Source: Balanoglossus misakiensis
Lineage: Eukaryota > Animalia > Hemichordata
Assembly (NCBI GenBank): GCA_040954595.2
Contig: JBECUI020000029.1
Span: forward strand, 124,001-188,000
Direction of reading: 5' to 3'
DNA length: 64,000 bases
The position numbers and the translations under genes were made by a program. Below the pieces are notes generated by a model. That model was given only the letters and a program-made list of their open reading frames with translations. It was not told the origin of the DNA and ran no database searches. Positions 1 to 13,600 of this stretch are shown in pieces; positions within the stretch are counted from its first letter, which is position 1, and each line of letters starts with the position of its first letter.

Positions 1-393
1 AGCCGTCCTGCATCAATTATTAATTGTGTACATGCACTAAAGCGCCCTCACTGCTGGGTGTGTTGTATGGTCTTTAACCCTGTTTCAAATTAGAGTACTT
101 TCTGCAATTTCAAGACAGATCTTACGTGCCATTGGAGAGCTCCATTGACTGGTCATTCATACTGTTTTCATTCATTCATTGCGGCATCAATATATTTTAT
201 CTATTCTAGCCAAAGAGCTTGGCACCTGTTGAAATGAACTCATCTGCTGTGGGCCAGTTTATTGGTGGCAGTTGAGCTGAGGAGAGCACCTTCCTTCCCG
301 GCACGCCACCAAGTAAAGTTCCACGCCGCCCACCACAGATGCCAGCATTCATTCATGCGAGTGAGTGTAATTGCAAATTTGCCTATTCTAGAT

Positions 394-570
394 CTGTAAT
401 GGAAATGGAGAAAGTACCTTATATTTTCTGTAAAATAGACATTTAATTGGCAAGCCGTCCTGCATCAATTATTAATTGTGTACATGCACTAAAGCGCCCT
501 CACTGCTGGGTGTGTTGTATGGTCTTTAACCCTGTTTCAAATTAGAGTACTTTCTGCAATTTCAAGACAG
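394..570. mobile_element. 177-bp MITE-like insert present in every 452-bp monomer (representative copy)
   Basis: Left end ctgtaatggaaatggagaaagtac vs reverse complement of right end ctgtcttgaaattgcagaaagtac: 19/24 identical. Flanked by AT on both sides (tctagAT|...|ATcttacg). Absent from short monomers. Confidence 0.7.
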
Positions 571-1617
571 ATCTTACGTGCCATTGGAGAGCTCCATTGA
601 CTGGTCATTCATACTGTTTTCATTCATTCATTGCGGCATCAATATATTTTATCTATTCTAGCCAAAGAGCTTGGCACCTGTTGAAATGAACTCATCTGCT
701 GTGGGCCAGTTTATTGGTGGCAGTTGAGCTGAGGAGAGCACCTTCCTTCCCGGCACGCCACCAAGTAAAGTTCCACGCCGCCCACCACAGATGCCAGCAT
801 TCATTCATGCGAGTGAGTGTAATTGCAAATTTGCCTATTCTAGATCTGTAATGGAAATGGAGAAAGTACCTTATATTTTCTGTAAAATAGACATTTAATT
901 GGCAAGCCGTCCTGCATCAATTATTAATTGTGTACATGCACTAAAGCGCCCTCACTGCTGGGTGTGTTGTATGGTCTTTAACCCTGTTTCAAATTAGAGT
1001 ACTTTCTGCAATTTCAAGACAGATCTTACGTGCCATTGGAGAGCTCCATTGACTGGTCATTCATACTGTTTTCATTCATTCATTGCGGCATCAATATATT
1101 TTATCTATTCTAGCCAAAGAGCTTGGCACCTGTTGAAATGAACTCATCTGCTGTGGGCCAGTTTATTGGTGGCAGTTGAGCTGAGGAGAGCACCTTCCTT
1201 CCCGGCACGCCACCAAGTAAAGTTCCACGCCGCCCACCACAGATGCCAGCATTCATTCATGCGAGTGAGTGTAATTGCAAATTTGCCTATTCTAGATCTG
1301 TAATGGAAATGGAGAAAGTACCTTATATTTTCTGTAAAATAGACATTTAATTGGCAAGCCGTCCTGCATCAATTATTAATTGTGTACATGCACTAAAGCG
1401 CCCTCACTGCTGGGTGTGTTGTATGGTCTTTAACCCTGTTTCAAATTAGAGTACTTTCTGCAATTTCAAGACAGATCTTACGTGCCATTGGAGAGCTCCA
1501 TTGACTGGTCATTCATACTGTTTTCATTCATTCATTGCGGCATCAATATATTTTATCTATTCTAGCCAAAGAGCTTGGCACCTGTTGAAATGAACTCATC
1601 TGCTGTGGGCCAGTTTA

Positions 1618-4600
1618 TTGGTGGCAGTTGAGCTGAGGAGAGCACCTTCTTTCCCGGCACGCCACCAAGTAAAGTTCCACGCCGCCCACCACAGATGCCA
1701 GCATTCATTCATGCGAGTGAGTGTAATTGCAAATTTGCCTATTTACGTGCCATTGGAGAGCTCCATTGACTGGTCATTCATACTGTTTTCATTCATTCAT
1801 TGCGGCATCAATATATTTTATCTATTCTAGCCAAAGAGCTTGGCACCTGTTGAAATGAACTCATCTGCTGTGGGCCAGTTTATTGGTGGCAGTTGAGCTG
1901 AGGAGAGCACCTTCCTTCCCGGCACGCCACCAAGTAAAGTTCCACGCCGCCCACCACAGATGCCAGCATTCATTCATGCGAGTGAGTGTAATTGCAAATT
2001 TGCCTATTCTAGATCTGTAATGGAAATGGAGAAAGTACCTTATATTTTCTGTAAAATAGACATTTAATTGGCAAGCCGTCCTGCATCAATTATTAATTGT
2101 GTACATGCACTAAAGCGCCCTCACTGCTGGGTGTGTTGTATGGTCTTTAACCCTGTTTCAAATTAGAGTACTTTCTGCAATTTCAAGACAGATCTTACGT
2201 GCCATTGGAGAGCTCCATTGACTGGTCATTCATACTGTTTTCATTCATTCATTGCGGCATCAATATATTTTATCTATTCTAGCCAAAGAGCTTGGCACCT
2301 GTTGAAATGAACTCATCTGCTGTGGGCCAGTTTATTGGTGGCAGTTGAGCTGAGGAGAGCACCTTCCTTCCCGGCACGCCACCAAGTAAAGTTCCACGCC
2401 GCCCACCACAGATGCCAGCATTCATTCATGCGAGTGAGTGTAATTGCAAATTTGCCTATTCTAGAATTCTTACGTGCCATTGGAGAGCTCCATTGACTGG
2501 TCATTCATACTGTTTTCATTCATTCATTGCGGCATCAATATATTTTATCTATTCTAGCCAAAGAGCTTGGCACCTGTTGAAATGAACTCATCTGCTGTGG
2601 GCCAGTTTATTGGTGGCAGTTGAGCTGAGGAGAGCACCTTCCTTCCCGGCACGCCACCAAGTAAAGTTCCACGCCGCCCACCACAGATGCCAGCATTCAT
2701 TCATGCGAGTGAGTGTAATTGCAAATTTGCCTATTCTAGATCTGTAATGGAAATGGAGAAAGTACCTTATATTTTCTGTAAAATAGACATTTAATTGGCA
2801 AGCCGTCCTGCATCAATTATTAATTGTGTACATGCACTAAAGCGCCCTCACTGCTGGGTGTGTTGTATGGTCTTTAACCCTGTTTCAAATTAGAGTACTT
2901 TCTGCAATTTCAAGACAGATCTTACGTGCCATTGGAGAGCTCCATTGACTGGTCATTCATACTGTTTTCATTCATTCATTGCGGCATCAATATATTTTAT
3001 CTATTCTAGCCAAAGAGCTTGGCACCTGTTGAAATGAACTCATCTGCTGTGGGCCAGTTTATTGGTGGCAGTTGAGCTGAGGAGAGCACCTTCTTTCCCG
3101 GCACGCCACCAAGTAAAGTTCCACGCCGCCCACCACAGATGCCAGCATTCATTCATGCGAGTGAGTGTAATTGCAAATTTGCCTATTCTAGAATCTTACG
3201 TGCCATTGGAGAGCTCCATTGACTGGTCATTCATACTGTTTTCATTCATTCATTGCGGCATCAATATATTTTATCTATTCTAGCCAAAGAGCTTGGCACC
3301 TGTTGAAATGAACTCATCTGCTGTGGGCCAGTTTATTGGTGGCAGTTGAGCTGAGGAGAGCACCTTCTTTCCCGGCACGCCACCAAGTAAAGTTCCACGC
3401 CGCCCACCACAGATGCCAGCATTCATTCATGCGAGTGAGTGTAATTGCAAATTTGCCTATTTACGTGCCATTGGAGAGCTCCATTGACTGGTCATTCATA
3501 CTGTTTTCATTCATTCATTGCGGCATCAATATATTTTATCTATTCTAGCCAAAGAGCTTGGCACCTGTTGAAATGAACTCATCTGCTGTGGGCCAGTTTA
3601 TTGGTGGCAGTTGAGCTGAGGAGAGCACCTTCCTTCCCGGCACGCCACCAAGTAAAGTTCCACGCCGCCCACCACAGATGCCAGCATTCATTCATGCGAG
3701 TGAGTGTAATTGCAAATTTGCCTATTCTAGATCTGTAATGGAAATGGAGAAAGTACCTTATATTTTCTGTAAAATAGACATTTAATTGGCAAGCCGTCCT
3801 GCATCAATTATTAATTGTGTACATGCACTAAAGCGCCCTCACTGCTGGGTGTGTTGTATGGTCTTTAACCCTGTTTCAAATTAGAGTACTTTCTGCAATT
3901 TCAAGACAGATCTTACGTGCCATTGGAGAGCTCCATTGACTGGTCATTCATACTGTTTTCATTCATTCATTGCGGCATCAATATATTTTATCTATTCTAG
4001 CCAAAGAGCTTGGCACCTGTTGAAATGAACTCATCTGCTGTGGGCCAGTTTATTGGTGGCAGTTGAGCTGAGGAGAGCACCTTCTTTCCCGGCACGCCAC
4101 CAAGTAAAGTTCCACGCCGCCCACCACAGATGCCAGCATTCATTCATGCGAGTGAGTGTAATTGCAAATTTGCCTATTCTAGAATCTTACGTGCCATTGG
4201 AGAGCTCCATTGACTGGTCATTCATACTGTTTTCATTCATTCATTGCGGCATCAATATATTTTATCTATTCTAGCCAAAGAGCTTGGCACCTGTTGAAAT
4301 GAACTCATCTGCTGTGGGCCAGTTTATTGGTGGCAGTTGAGCTGAGGAGAGCACCTTCTTTCCCGGCACGCCACCAAGTAAAGTTCCACGCCGCCCACCA
4401 CAGATGCCAGCATTCATTCATGCGAGTGAGTGTAATTGCAAATTTGCCTATTCTAGAATCTTACGTGCCATTGGAGAGCTCCATTGACTGGTCATTCATA
4501 CTGTTTTCATTCATTCATTGCGGCATCAATATATTTTATCTATTCTAGCCAAAGAGCTTGGCACCTGTTGAAATGAACTCATCTGCTGTGGGCCAGTTTA

Positions 4601-7600
4601 TTGGTGGCAGTTGAGCTGAGGAGAGCACCTTCCTTCCCGGCACGCCACCAAGTAAAGTTCCACGCCGCCCACCACAGATGCCAGCATTCATTCATGCGAG
4701 TGAGTGTAATTGCAAATTTGCCTATTCTAGAATCTTACGTGCCATTGGAGAGCTCCATTGACTGGTCATTCATACTGTTTTCATTCATTCATTGCGGCAT
4801 CAATATATTTTATCTATTCTAGCCAAAGAGCTTGGCACCTGTTGAAATGAACTCATCTGCTGTGGGCCAGTTTATTGGTGGCAGTTGAGCTGAGGAGAGC
4901 ACCTTCCTTCCCGGCACGCCACCAAGTAAAGTTCCACGCCGCCCACCACAGATGCCAGCATTCATTCATGCGAGTGAGTGTAATTGCAAATTTGCCTATT
5001 CTAGAATCTTACGTGCCATTGGAGAGCTCCATTGACTGGTCATTCATACTGTTTTCATTCATTCATTGCGGCATCAATATATTTTATCTATTCTAGCCGA
5101 AGAGCTTGGCACCTGTTGAAATGAACTCATCTGCTGTGGGCCAGTTTATTGGTGGCAGTTGAGCTGAGGAGAGCACCTTCCTTCCCGGCACGCCACCAAG
5201 TAAAGTTCCACGCCGCCCACCACAGATGCCAGCATTCATTCATGCGAGTGAGTGTAATTGCAAATTTGCCTATTCTAGATCTGTAATGGAAATGGAGAAA
5301 GTACCTTATATTTTCTGTAAAATAGACATTTAATTGGCAAGCCGTCCTGCATCAATTATTAATTGTGTACATGCACTAAAGCGCCCTCACTGCTGGGTGT
5401 GTTGTATGGTCTTTAACCCTGTTTCAAATTAGAGTACTTTCTGCAATTTCAAGACAGATCTTACGTGCCATTGGAGAGCTCCATTGACTGGTCATTCATA
5501 CTGTTTTCATTCATTCATTGCGGCATCAATATATTTTATCTATTCTAGCCAAAGAGCTTGGCACCTGTTGAAATGAACTCATCTGCTGTGGGCCAGTTTA
5601 TTGGTGGCAGTTGAGCTGAGGAGAGCACCTTCCTTCCCGGCACGCCACCAAGTAAAGTTCCACGCCGCCCACCACAGATGCCAGCATTCATTCATGCGAG
5701 TGAGTGTAATTGCAAATTTGCCTATTCTAGATTCTTACGTGCCATTGGAGAGCTCCATTGACTGGTCATTCATACTGTTTTCATTCATTCATTGCGGCAT
5801 CAATATATTTTATCTATTCTAGCCAAAGAGCTTGGCACCTGTTGAAATGAACTCATCTGCTGTGGGCCAGTTTATTGGTGGCAGTTGAGCTGAGGAGAGC
5901 ACCTTCCTTCCCGGCACGCCACCAAGTAAAGTTCCACGCCGCCCACCACAGATGCCAGCATTCATTCATGCGAGTGAGTGTAATTGCAAATTTGCCTATT
6001 CTAGAATCTTACGTGCCATTGGAGAGCTCCATTGACTGGTCATTCATACTGTTTTCATTCATTCATTGCGGCATCAATATATTTTATCTATTCTAGCCAA
6101 AGAGCTTGGCACCTGTTGAAATGAACTCATCTGCTGTGGGCCAGTTTATTGGTGGCAGTTGAGCTGAGGAGAGCACCTTCCTTCCCGGCACGCCACCAAG
6201 TAAAGTTCCACGCCGCCCACCACAGATGCCAGCATTCATTCATGCGAGTGAGTGTAATTGCAAATTTGCCTATTCTAGATCTGTAATGGAAATGGAGAAA
6301 GTACCTTATATTTTCTGTAAAATAGACATTTAATTGGCAAGCCGTCCTGCATCAATTATTAATTGTGTACATGCACTAAAGCGCCCTCACTGCTGGGTGT
6401 GTTGTATGGTCTTTAACCCTGTTTCAAATTAGAGTACTTTCTGCAATTTCAAGACAGATCTTACGTGCCATTGGAGAGCTCCATTGACTGGTCATTCATA
6501 CTGTTTTCATTCATTCATTGCGGCATCAATATATTTTATCTATTCTAGCCAAAGAGCTTGGCACCTGTTGAAATGAACTCATCTGCTGTGGGCCAGTTTA
6601 TTGGTGGCAGTTGAGCTGAGGAGAGCACCTTCCTTCCCGGCACGCCACCAAGTAAAGTTCCACGCCGCCCACCACAGATGCCAGCATTCATTCATGCGAG
6701 TGAGTGTAATTGCAAATTTGCCTATTCTAGATCTGTAATGGAAATGGAGAAAGTACCTTATATTTTCTGTAAAATAGACATTTAATTGGCAAGCCGTCCT
6801 GCATCAATTATTAATTGTGTACATGCACTAAAGCGCCCTCACTGCTGGGTGTGTTGTATGGTCTTTAACCCTGTTTCAAATTAGAGTACTTTCTGCAATT
6901 TCAAGACAGATCTTACGTGCCATTGGAGAGCTCCATTGACTGGTCATTCATACTGTTTTCATTCATTCATTGCGGCATCAATATATTTTATCTATTCTAG
7001 CCAAAGAGCTTGGCACCTGTTGAAATGAACTCATCTGCTGTGGGCCAGTTTATTGGTGGCAGTTGAGCTGAGGAGAGCACCTTCCTTCCCGGCACGCCAC
7101 CAAGTAAAGTTCCACGCCGCCCACCACAGATGCCAGCATTCATTCATGCGAGTGAGTGTAATTGCAAATTTGCCTATTCTAGATCTGTAATGGAAATGGA
7201 GAAAGTACCTTATATTTTCTGTAAAATAGACATTTAATTGGCAAGCCGTCCTGCATCAATTATTAATTGTGTACATGCACTAAAGCGCCCTCACTGCTGG
7301 GTGTGTTGTATGGTCTTTAACCCTGTTTCAAATTAGAGTACTTTCTGCAATTTCAAGACAGATCTTACGTGCCATTGGAGAGCTCCATTGACTGGTCATT
7401 CATACTGTTTTCATTCATTCATTGCGGCATCAATATATTTTATCTATTCTAGCCAAAGAGCTTGGCACCTGTTGAAATGAACTCATCTGCTGTGGGCCAG
7501 TTTATTGGTGGCAGTTGAGCTGAGGAGAGCACCTTCCTTCCCGGCACGCCACCAAGTAAAGTTCCACGCCGCCCACCACAGATGCCAGCATTCATTCATG

Positions 7601-10600
7601 CGAGTGAGTGTAATTGCAAATTTGCCTATTCTAGATCTGTAATGGAAATGGAGAAAGTACCTTATATTTTCTGTAAAATAGACATTTAATTGGCAAGCCG
7701 TCCTGCATCAATTATTAATTGTGTACATGCACTAAAGCGCCCTCACTGCTGGGTGTGTTGTATGGTCTTTAACCCTGTTTCAAATTAGAGTACTTTCTGC
7801 AATTTCAAGACAGATCTTACGTGCCATTGGAGAGCTCCATTGACTGGTCATTCATACTGTTTTCATTCATTCATTGCGGCATCAATATATTTTATCTATT
7901 CTAGCCAAAGAGCTTGGCACCTGTTGAAATGAACTCATCTGCTGTGGGCCAGTTTATTGGTGGCAGTTGAGCTGAGGAGAGCACCTTCCTTCCCGGCACG
8001 CCACCAAGTAAAGTTCCACGCCGCCCACCACAGATGCCAGCATTCATTCATGCGAGTGAGTGTAATTGCAAATTTGCCTATTCTAGATCTGTAATGGAAA
8101 TGGAGAAAGTACCTTATATTTTCTGTAAAATAGACATTTAATTGGCAAGCCGTCCTGCATCAATTATTAATTGTGTACATGCACTAAAGCGCCCTCACTG
8201 CTGGGTGTGTTGTATGGTCTTTAACCCTGTTTCAAATTAGAGTACTTTCTGCAATTTCAAGACAGATCTTACGTGCCATTGGAGAGCTCCATTGACTGGT
8301 CATTCATACTGTTTTCATTCATTCATTGCGGCATCAATATATTTTATCTATTCTAGCCAAAGAGCTTGGCACCTGTTGAAATGAACTCATCTGCTGTGGG
8401 CCAGTTTATTGGTGGCAGTTGAGCTGAGGAGAGCACCTTCCTTCCCGGCACGCCACCAAGTAAAGTTCCACGCCGCCCACCACAGATGCCAGCATTCATT
8501 CATGCGAGTGAGTGTAATTGCAAATTTGCCTATTCTAGATCTGTAATGGAAATGGAGAAAGTACCTTATATTTTCTGTAAAATAGACATTTAATTGGCAA
8601 GCCGTCCTGCATCAATTATTAATTGTGTACATGCACTAAAGCGCCCTCACTGCTGGGTGTGTTGTATGGTCTTTAACCCTGTTTCAAATTAGAGTACTTT
8701 CTGCAATTTCAAGACAGATCTTACGTGCCATTGGAGAGCTCCATTGACTGGTCATTCATACTGTTTTCATTCATTCATTGCGGCATCAATATATTTTATC
8801 TATTCTAGCCAAAGAGCTTGGCACCTGTTGAAATGAACTCATCTGCTGTGGGCCAGTTTATTGGTGGCAGTTGAGCTGAGGAGAGCACCTTCTTTCCCGG
8901 CACGCCACCAAGTAAAGTTCCACGCCGCCCACCACAGATGCCAGCATTCATTCATGCGAGTGAGTGTAATTGCAAATTTGCCTATTTACGTGCCATTGGA
9001 GAGCTCCATTGACTGGTCATTCATACTGTTTTCATTCATTCATTGCGGCATCAATATATTTTATCTATTCTAGCCAAAGAGCTTGGCACCTGTTGAAATG
9101 AACTCATCTGCTGTGGGCCAGTTTATTGGTGGCAGTTGAGCTGAGGAGAGCACCTTCCTTCCCGGCACGCCACCAAGTAAAGTTCCACGCCGCCCACCAC
9201 AGATGCCAGCATTCATTCATGCGAGTGAGTGTAATTGCAAATTTGCCTATTCTAGATCTGTAATGGAAATGGAGAAAGTACCTTATATTTTCTGTAAAAT
9301 AGACATTTAATTGGCAAGCCGTCCTGCATCAATTATTAATTGTGTACATGCACTAAAGCGCCCTCACTGCTGGGTGTGTTGTATGGTCTTTAACCCTGTT
9401 TCAAATTAGAGTACTTTCTGCAATTTCAAGACAGATCTTACGTGCCATTGGAGAGCTCCATTGACTGGTCATTCATACTGTTTTCATTCATTCATTGCGG
9501 CATCAATATATTTTATCTATTCTAGCCAAAGAGCTTGGCACCTGTTGAAATGAACTCATCTGCTGTGGGCCAGTTTATTGGTGGCAGTTGAGCTGAGGAG
9601 AGCACCTTCCTTCCCGGCACGCCACCAAGTAAAGTTCCACGCCGCCCACCACAGATGCCAGCATTCATTCATGCGAGTGAGTGTAATTGCAAATTTGCCT
9701 ATTCTAGAATTCTTACGTGCCATTGGAGAGCTCCATTGACTGGTCATTCATACTGTTTTCATTCATTCATTGCGGCATCAATATATTTTATCTATTCTAG
9801 CCAAAGAGCTTGGCACCTGTTGAAATGAACTCATCTGCTGTGGGCCAGTTTATTGGTGGCAGTTGAGCTGAGGAGAGCACCTTCCTTCCCGGCACGCCAC
9901 CAAGTAAAGTTCCACGCCGCCCACCACAGATGCCAGCATTCATTCATGCGAGTGAGTGTAATTGCAAATTTGCCTATTCTAGATCTGTAATGGAAATGGA
10001 GAAAGTACCTTATATTTTCTGTAAAATAGACATTTAATTGGCAAGCCGTCCTGCATCAATTATTAATTGTGTACATGCACTAAAGCGCCCTCACTGCTGG
10101 GTGTGTTGTATGGTCTTTAACCCTGTTTCAAATTAGAGTACTTTCTGCAATTTCAAGACAGATCTTACGTGCCATTGGAGAGCTCCATTGACTGGTCATT
10201 CATACTGTTTTCATTCATTCATTGCGGCATCAATATATTTTATCTATTCTAGCCAAAGAGCTTGGCACCTGTTGAAATGAACTCATCTGCTGTGGGCCAG
10301 TTTATTGGTGGCAGTTGAGCTGAGGAGAGCACCTTCTTTCCCGGCACGCCACCAAGTAAAGTTCCACGCCGCCCACCACAGATGCCAGCATTCATTCATG
10401 CGAGTGAGTGTAATTGCAAATTTGCCTATTCTAGAATCTTACGTGCCATTGGAGAGCTCCATTGACTGGTCATTCATACTGTTTTCATTCATTCATTGCG
10501 GCATCAATATATTTTATCTATTCTAGCCAAAGAGCTTGGCACCTGTTGAAATGAACTCATCTGCTGTGGGCCAGTTTATTGGTGGCAGTTGAGCTGAGGA

Positions 10601-13600
10601 GAGCACCTTCTTTCCCGGCACGCCACCAAGTAAAGTTCCACGCCGCCCACCACAGATGCCAGCATTCATTCATGCGAGTGAGTGTAATTGCAAATTTGCC
10701 TATTTACGTGCCATTGGAGAGCTCCATTGACTGGTCATTCATACTGTTTTCATTCATTCATTGCGGCATCAATATATTTTATCTATTCTAGCCAAAGAGC
10801 TTGGCACCTGTTGAAATGAACTCATCTGCTGTGGGCCAGTTTATTGGTGGCAGTTGAGCTGAGGAGAGCACCTTCCTTCCCGGCACGCCACCAAGTAAAG
10901 TTCCACGCCGCCCACCACAGATGCCAGCATTCATTCATGCGAGTGAGTGTAATTGCAAATTTGCCTATTCTAGATCTGTAATGGAAATGGAGAAAGTACC
11001 TTATATTTTCTGTAAAATAGACATTTAATTGGCAAGCCGTCCTGCATCAATTATTAATTGTGTACATGCACTAAAGCGCCCTCACTGCTGGGTGTGTTGT
11101 ATGGTCTTTAACCCTGTTTCAAATTAGAGTACTTTCTGCAATTTCAAGACAGATCTTACGTGCCATTGGAGAGCTCCATTGACTGGTCATTCATACTGTT
11201 TTCATTCATTCATTGCGGCATCAATATATTTTATCTATTCTAGCCAAAGAGCTTGGCACCTGTTGAAATGAACTCATCTGCTGTGGGCCAGTTTATTGGT
11301 GGCAGTTGAGCTGAGGAGAGCACCTTCTTTCCCGGCACGCCACCAAGTAAAGTTCCACGCCGCCCACCACAGATGCCAGCATTCATTCATGCGAGTGAGT
11401 GTAATTGCAAATTTGCCTATTCTAGAATCTTACGTGCCATTGGAGAGCTCCATTGACTGGTCATTCATACTGTTTTCATTCATTCATTGCGGCATCAATA
11501 TATTTTATCTATTCTAGCCAAAGAGCTTGGCACCTGTTGAAATGAACTCATCTGCTGTGGGCCAGTTTATTGGTGGCAGTTGAGCTGAGGAGAGCACCTT
11601 CTTTCCCGGCACGCCACCAAGTAAAGTTCCACGCCGCCCACCACAGATGCCAGCATTCATTCATGCGAGTGAGTGTAATTGCAAATTTGCCTATTCTAGA
11701 ATCTTACGTGCCATTGGAGAGCTCCATTGACTGGTCATTCATACTGTTTTCATTCATTCATTGCGGCATCAATATATTTTATCTATTCTAGCCAAAGAGC
11801 TTGGCACCTGTTGAAATGAACTCATCTGCTGTGGGCCAGTTTATTGGTGGCAGTTGAGCTGAGGAGAGCACCTTCCTTCCCGGCACGCCACCAAGTAAAG
11901 TTCCACGCCGCCCACCACAGATGCCAGCATTCATTCATGCGAGTGAGTGTAATTGCAAATTTGCCTATTCTAGAATCTTACGTGCCATTGGAGAGCTCCA
12001 TTGACTGGTCATTCATACTGTTTTCATTCATTCATTGCGGCATCAATATATTTTATCTATTCTAGCCAAAGAGCTTGGCACCTGTTGAAATGAACTCATC
12101 TGCTGTGGGCCAGTTTATTGGTGGCAGTTGAGCTGAGGAGAGCACCTTCCTTCCCGGCACGCCACCAAGTAAAGTTCCACGCCGCCCACCACAGATGCCA
12201 GCATTCATTCATGCGAGTGAGTGTAATTGCAAATTTGCCTATTCTAGAATCTTACGTGCCATTGGAGAGCTCCATTGACTGGTCATTCATACTGTTTTCA
12301 TTCATTCATTGCGGCATCAATATATTTTATCTATTCTAGCCGAAGAGCTTGGCACCTGTTGAAATGAACTCATCTGCTGTGGGCCAGTTTATTGGTGGCA
12401 GTTGAGCTGAGGAGAGCACCTTCCTTCCCGGCACGCCACCAAGTAAAGTTCCACGCCGCCCACCACAGATGCCAGCATTCATTCATGCGAGTGAGTGTAA
12501 TTGCAAATTTGCCTATTCTAGATCTGTAATGGAAATGGAGAAAGTACCTTATATTTTCTGTAAAATAGACATTTAATTGGCAAGCCGTCCTGCATCAATT
12601 ATTAATTGTGTACATGCACTAAAGCGCCCTCACTGCTGGGTGTGTTGTATGGTCTTTAACCCTGTTTCAAATTAGAGTACTTTCTGCAATTTCAAGACAG
12701 ATCTTACGTGCCATTGGAGAGCTCCATTGACTGGTCATTCATACTGTTTTCATTCATTCATTGCGGCATCAATATATTTTATCTATTCTAGCCAAAGAGC
12801 TTGGCACCTGTTGAAATGAACTCATCTGCTGTGGGCCAGTTTATTGGTGGCAGTTGAGCTGAGGAGAGCACCTTCCTTCCCGGCACGCCACCAAGTAAAG
12901 TTCCACGCCGCCCACCACAGATGCCAGCATTCATTCATGCGAGTGAGTGTAATTGCAAATTTGCCTATTCTAGATTCTTACGTGCCATTGGAGAGCTCCA
13001 TTGACTGGTCATTCATACTGTTTTCATTCATTCATTGCGGCATCAATATATTTTATCTATTCTAGCCAAAGAGCTTGGCACCTGTTGAAATGAACTCATC
13101 TGCTGTGGGCCAGTTTATTGGTGGCAGTTGAGCTGAGGAGAGCACCTTCCTTCCCGGCACGCCACCAAGTAAAGTTCCACGCCGCCCACCACAGATGCCA
13201 GCATTCATTCATGCGAGTGAGTGTAATTGCAAATTTGCCTATTCTAGAATCTTACGTGCCATTGGAGAGCTCCATTGACTGGTCATTCATACTGTTTTCA
13301 TTCATTCATTGCGGCATCAATATATTTTATCTATTCTAGCCAAAGAGCTTGGCACCTGTTGAAATGAACTCATCTGCTGTGGGCCAGTTTATTGGTGGCA
13401 GTTGAGCTGAGGAGAGCACCTTCCTTCCCGGCACGCCACCAAGTAAAGTTCCACGCCGCCCACCACAGATGCCAGCATTCATTCATGCGAGTGAGTGTAA
13501 TTGCAAATTTGCCTATTCTAGATCTGTAATGGAAATGGAGAAAGTACCTTATATTTTCTGTAAAATAGACATTTAATTGGCAAGCCGTCCTGCATCAATT

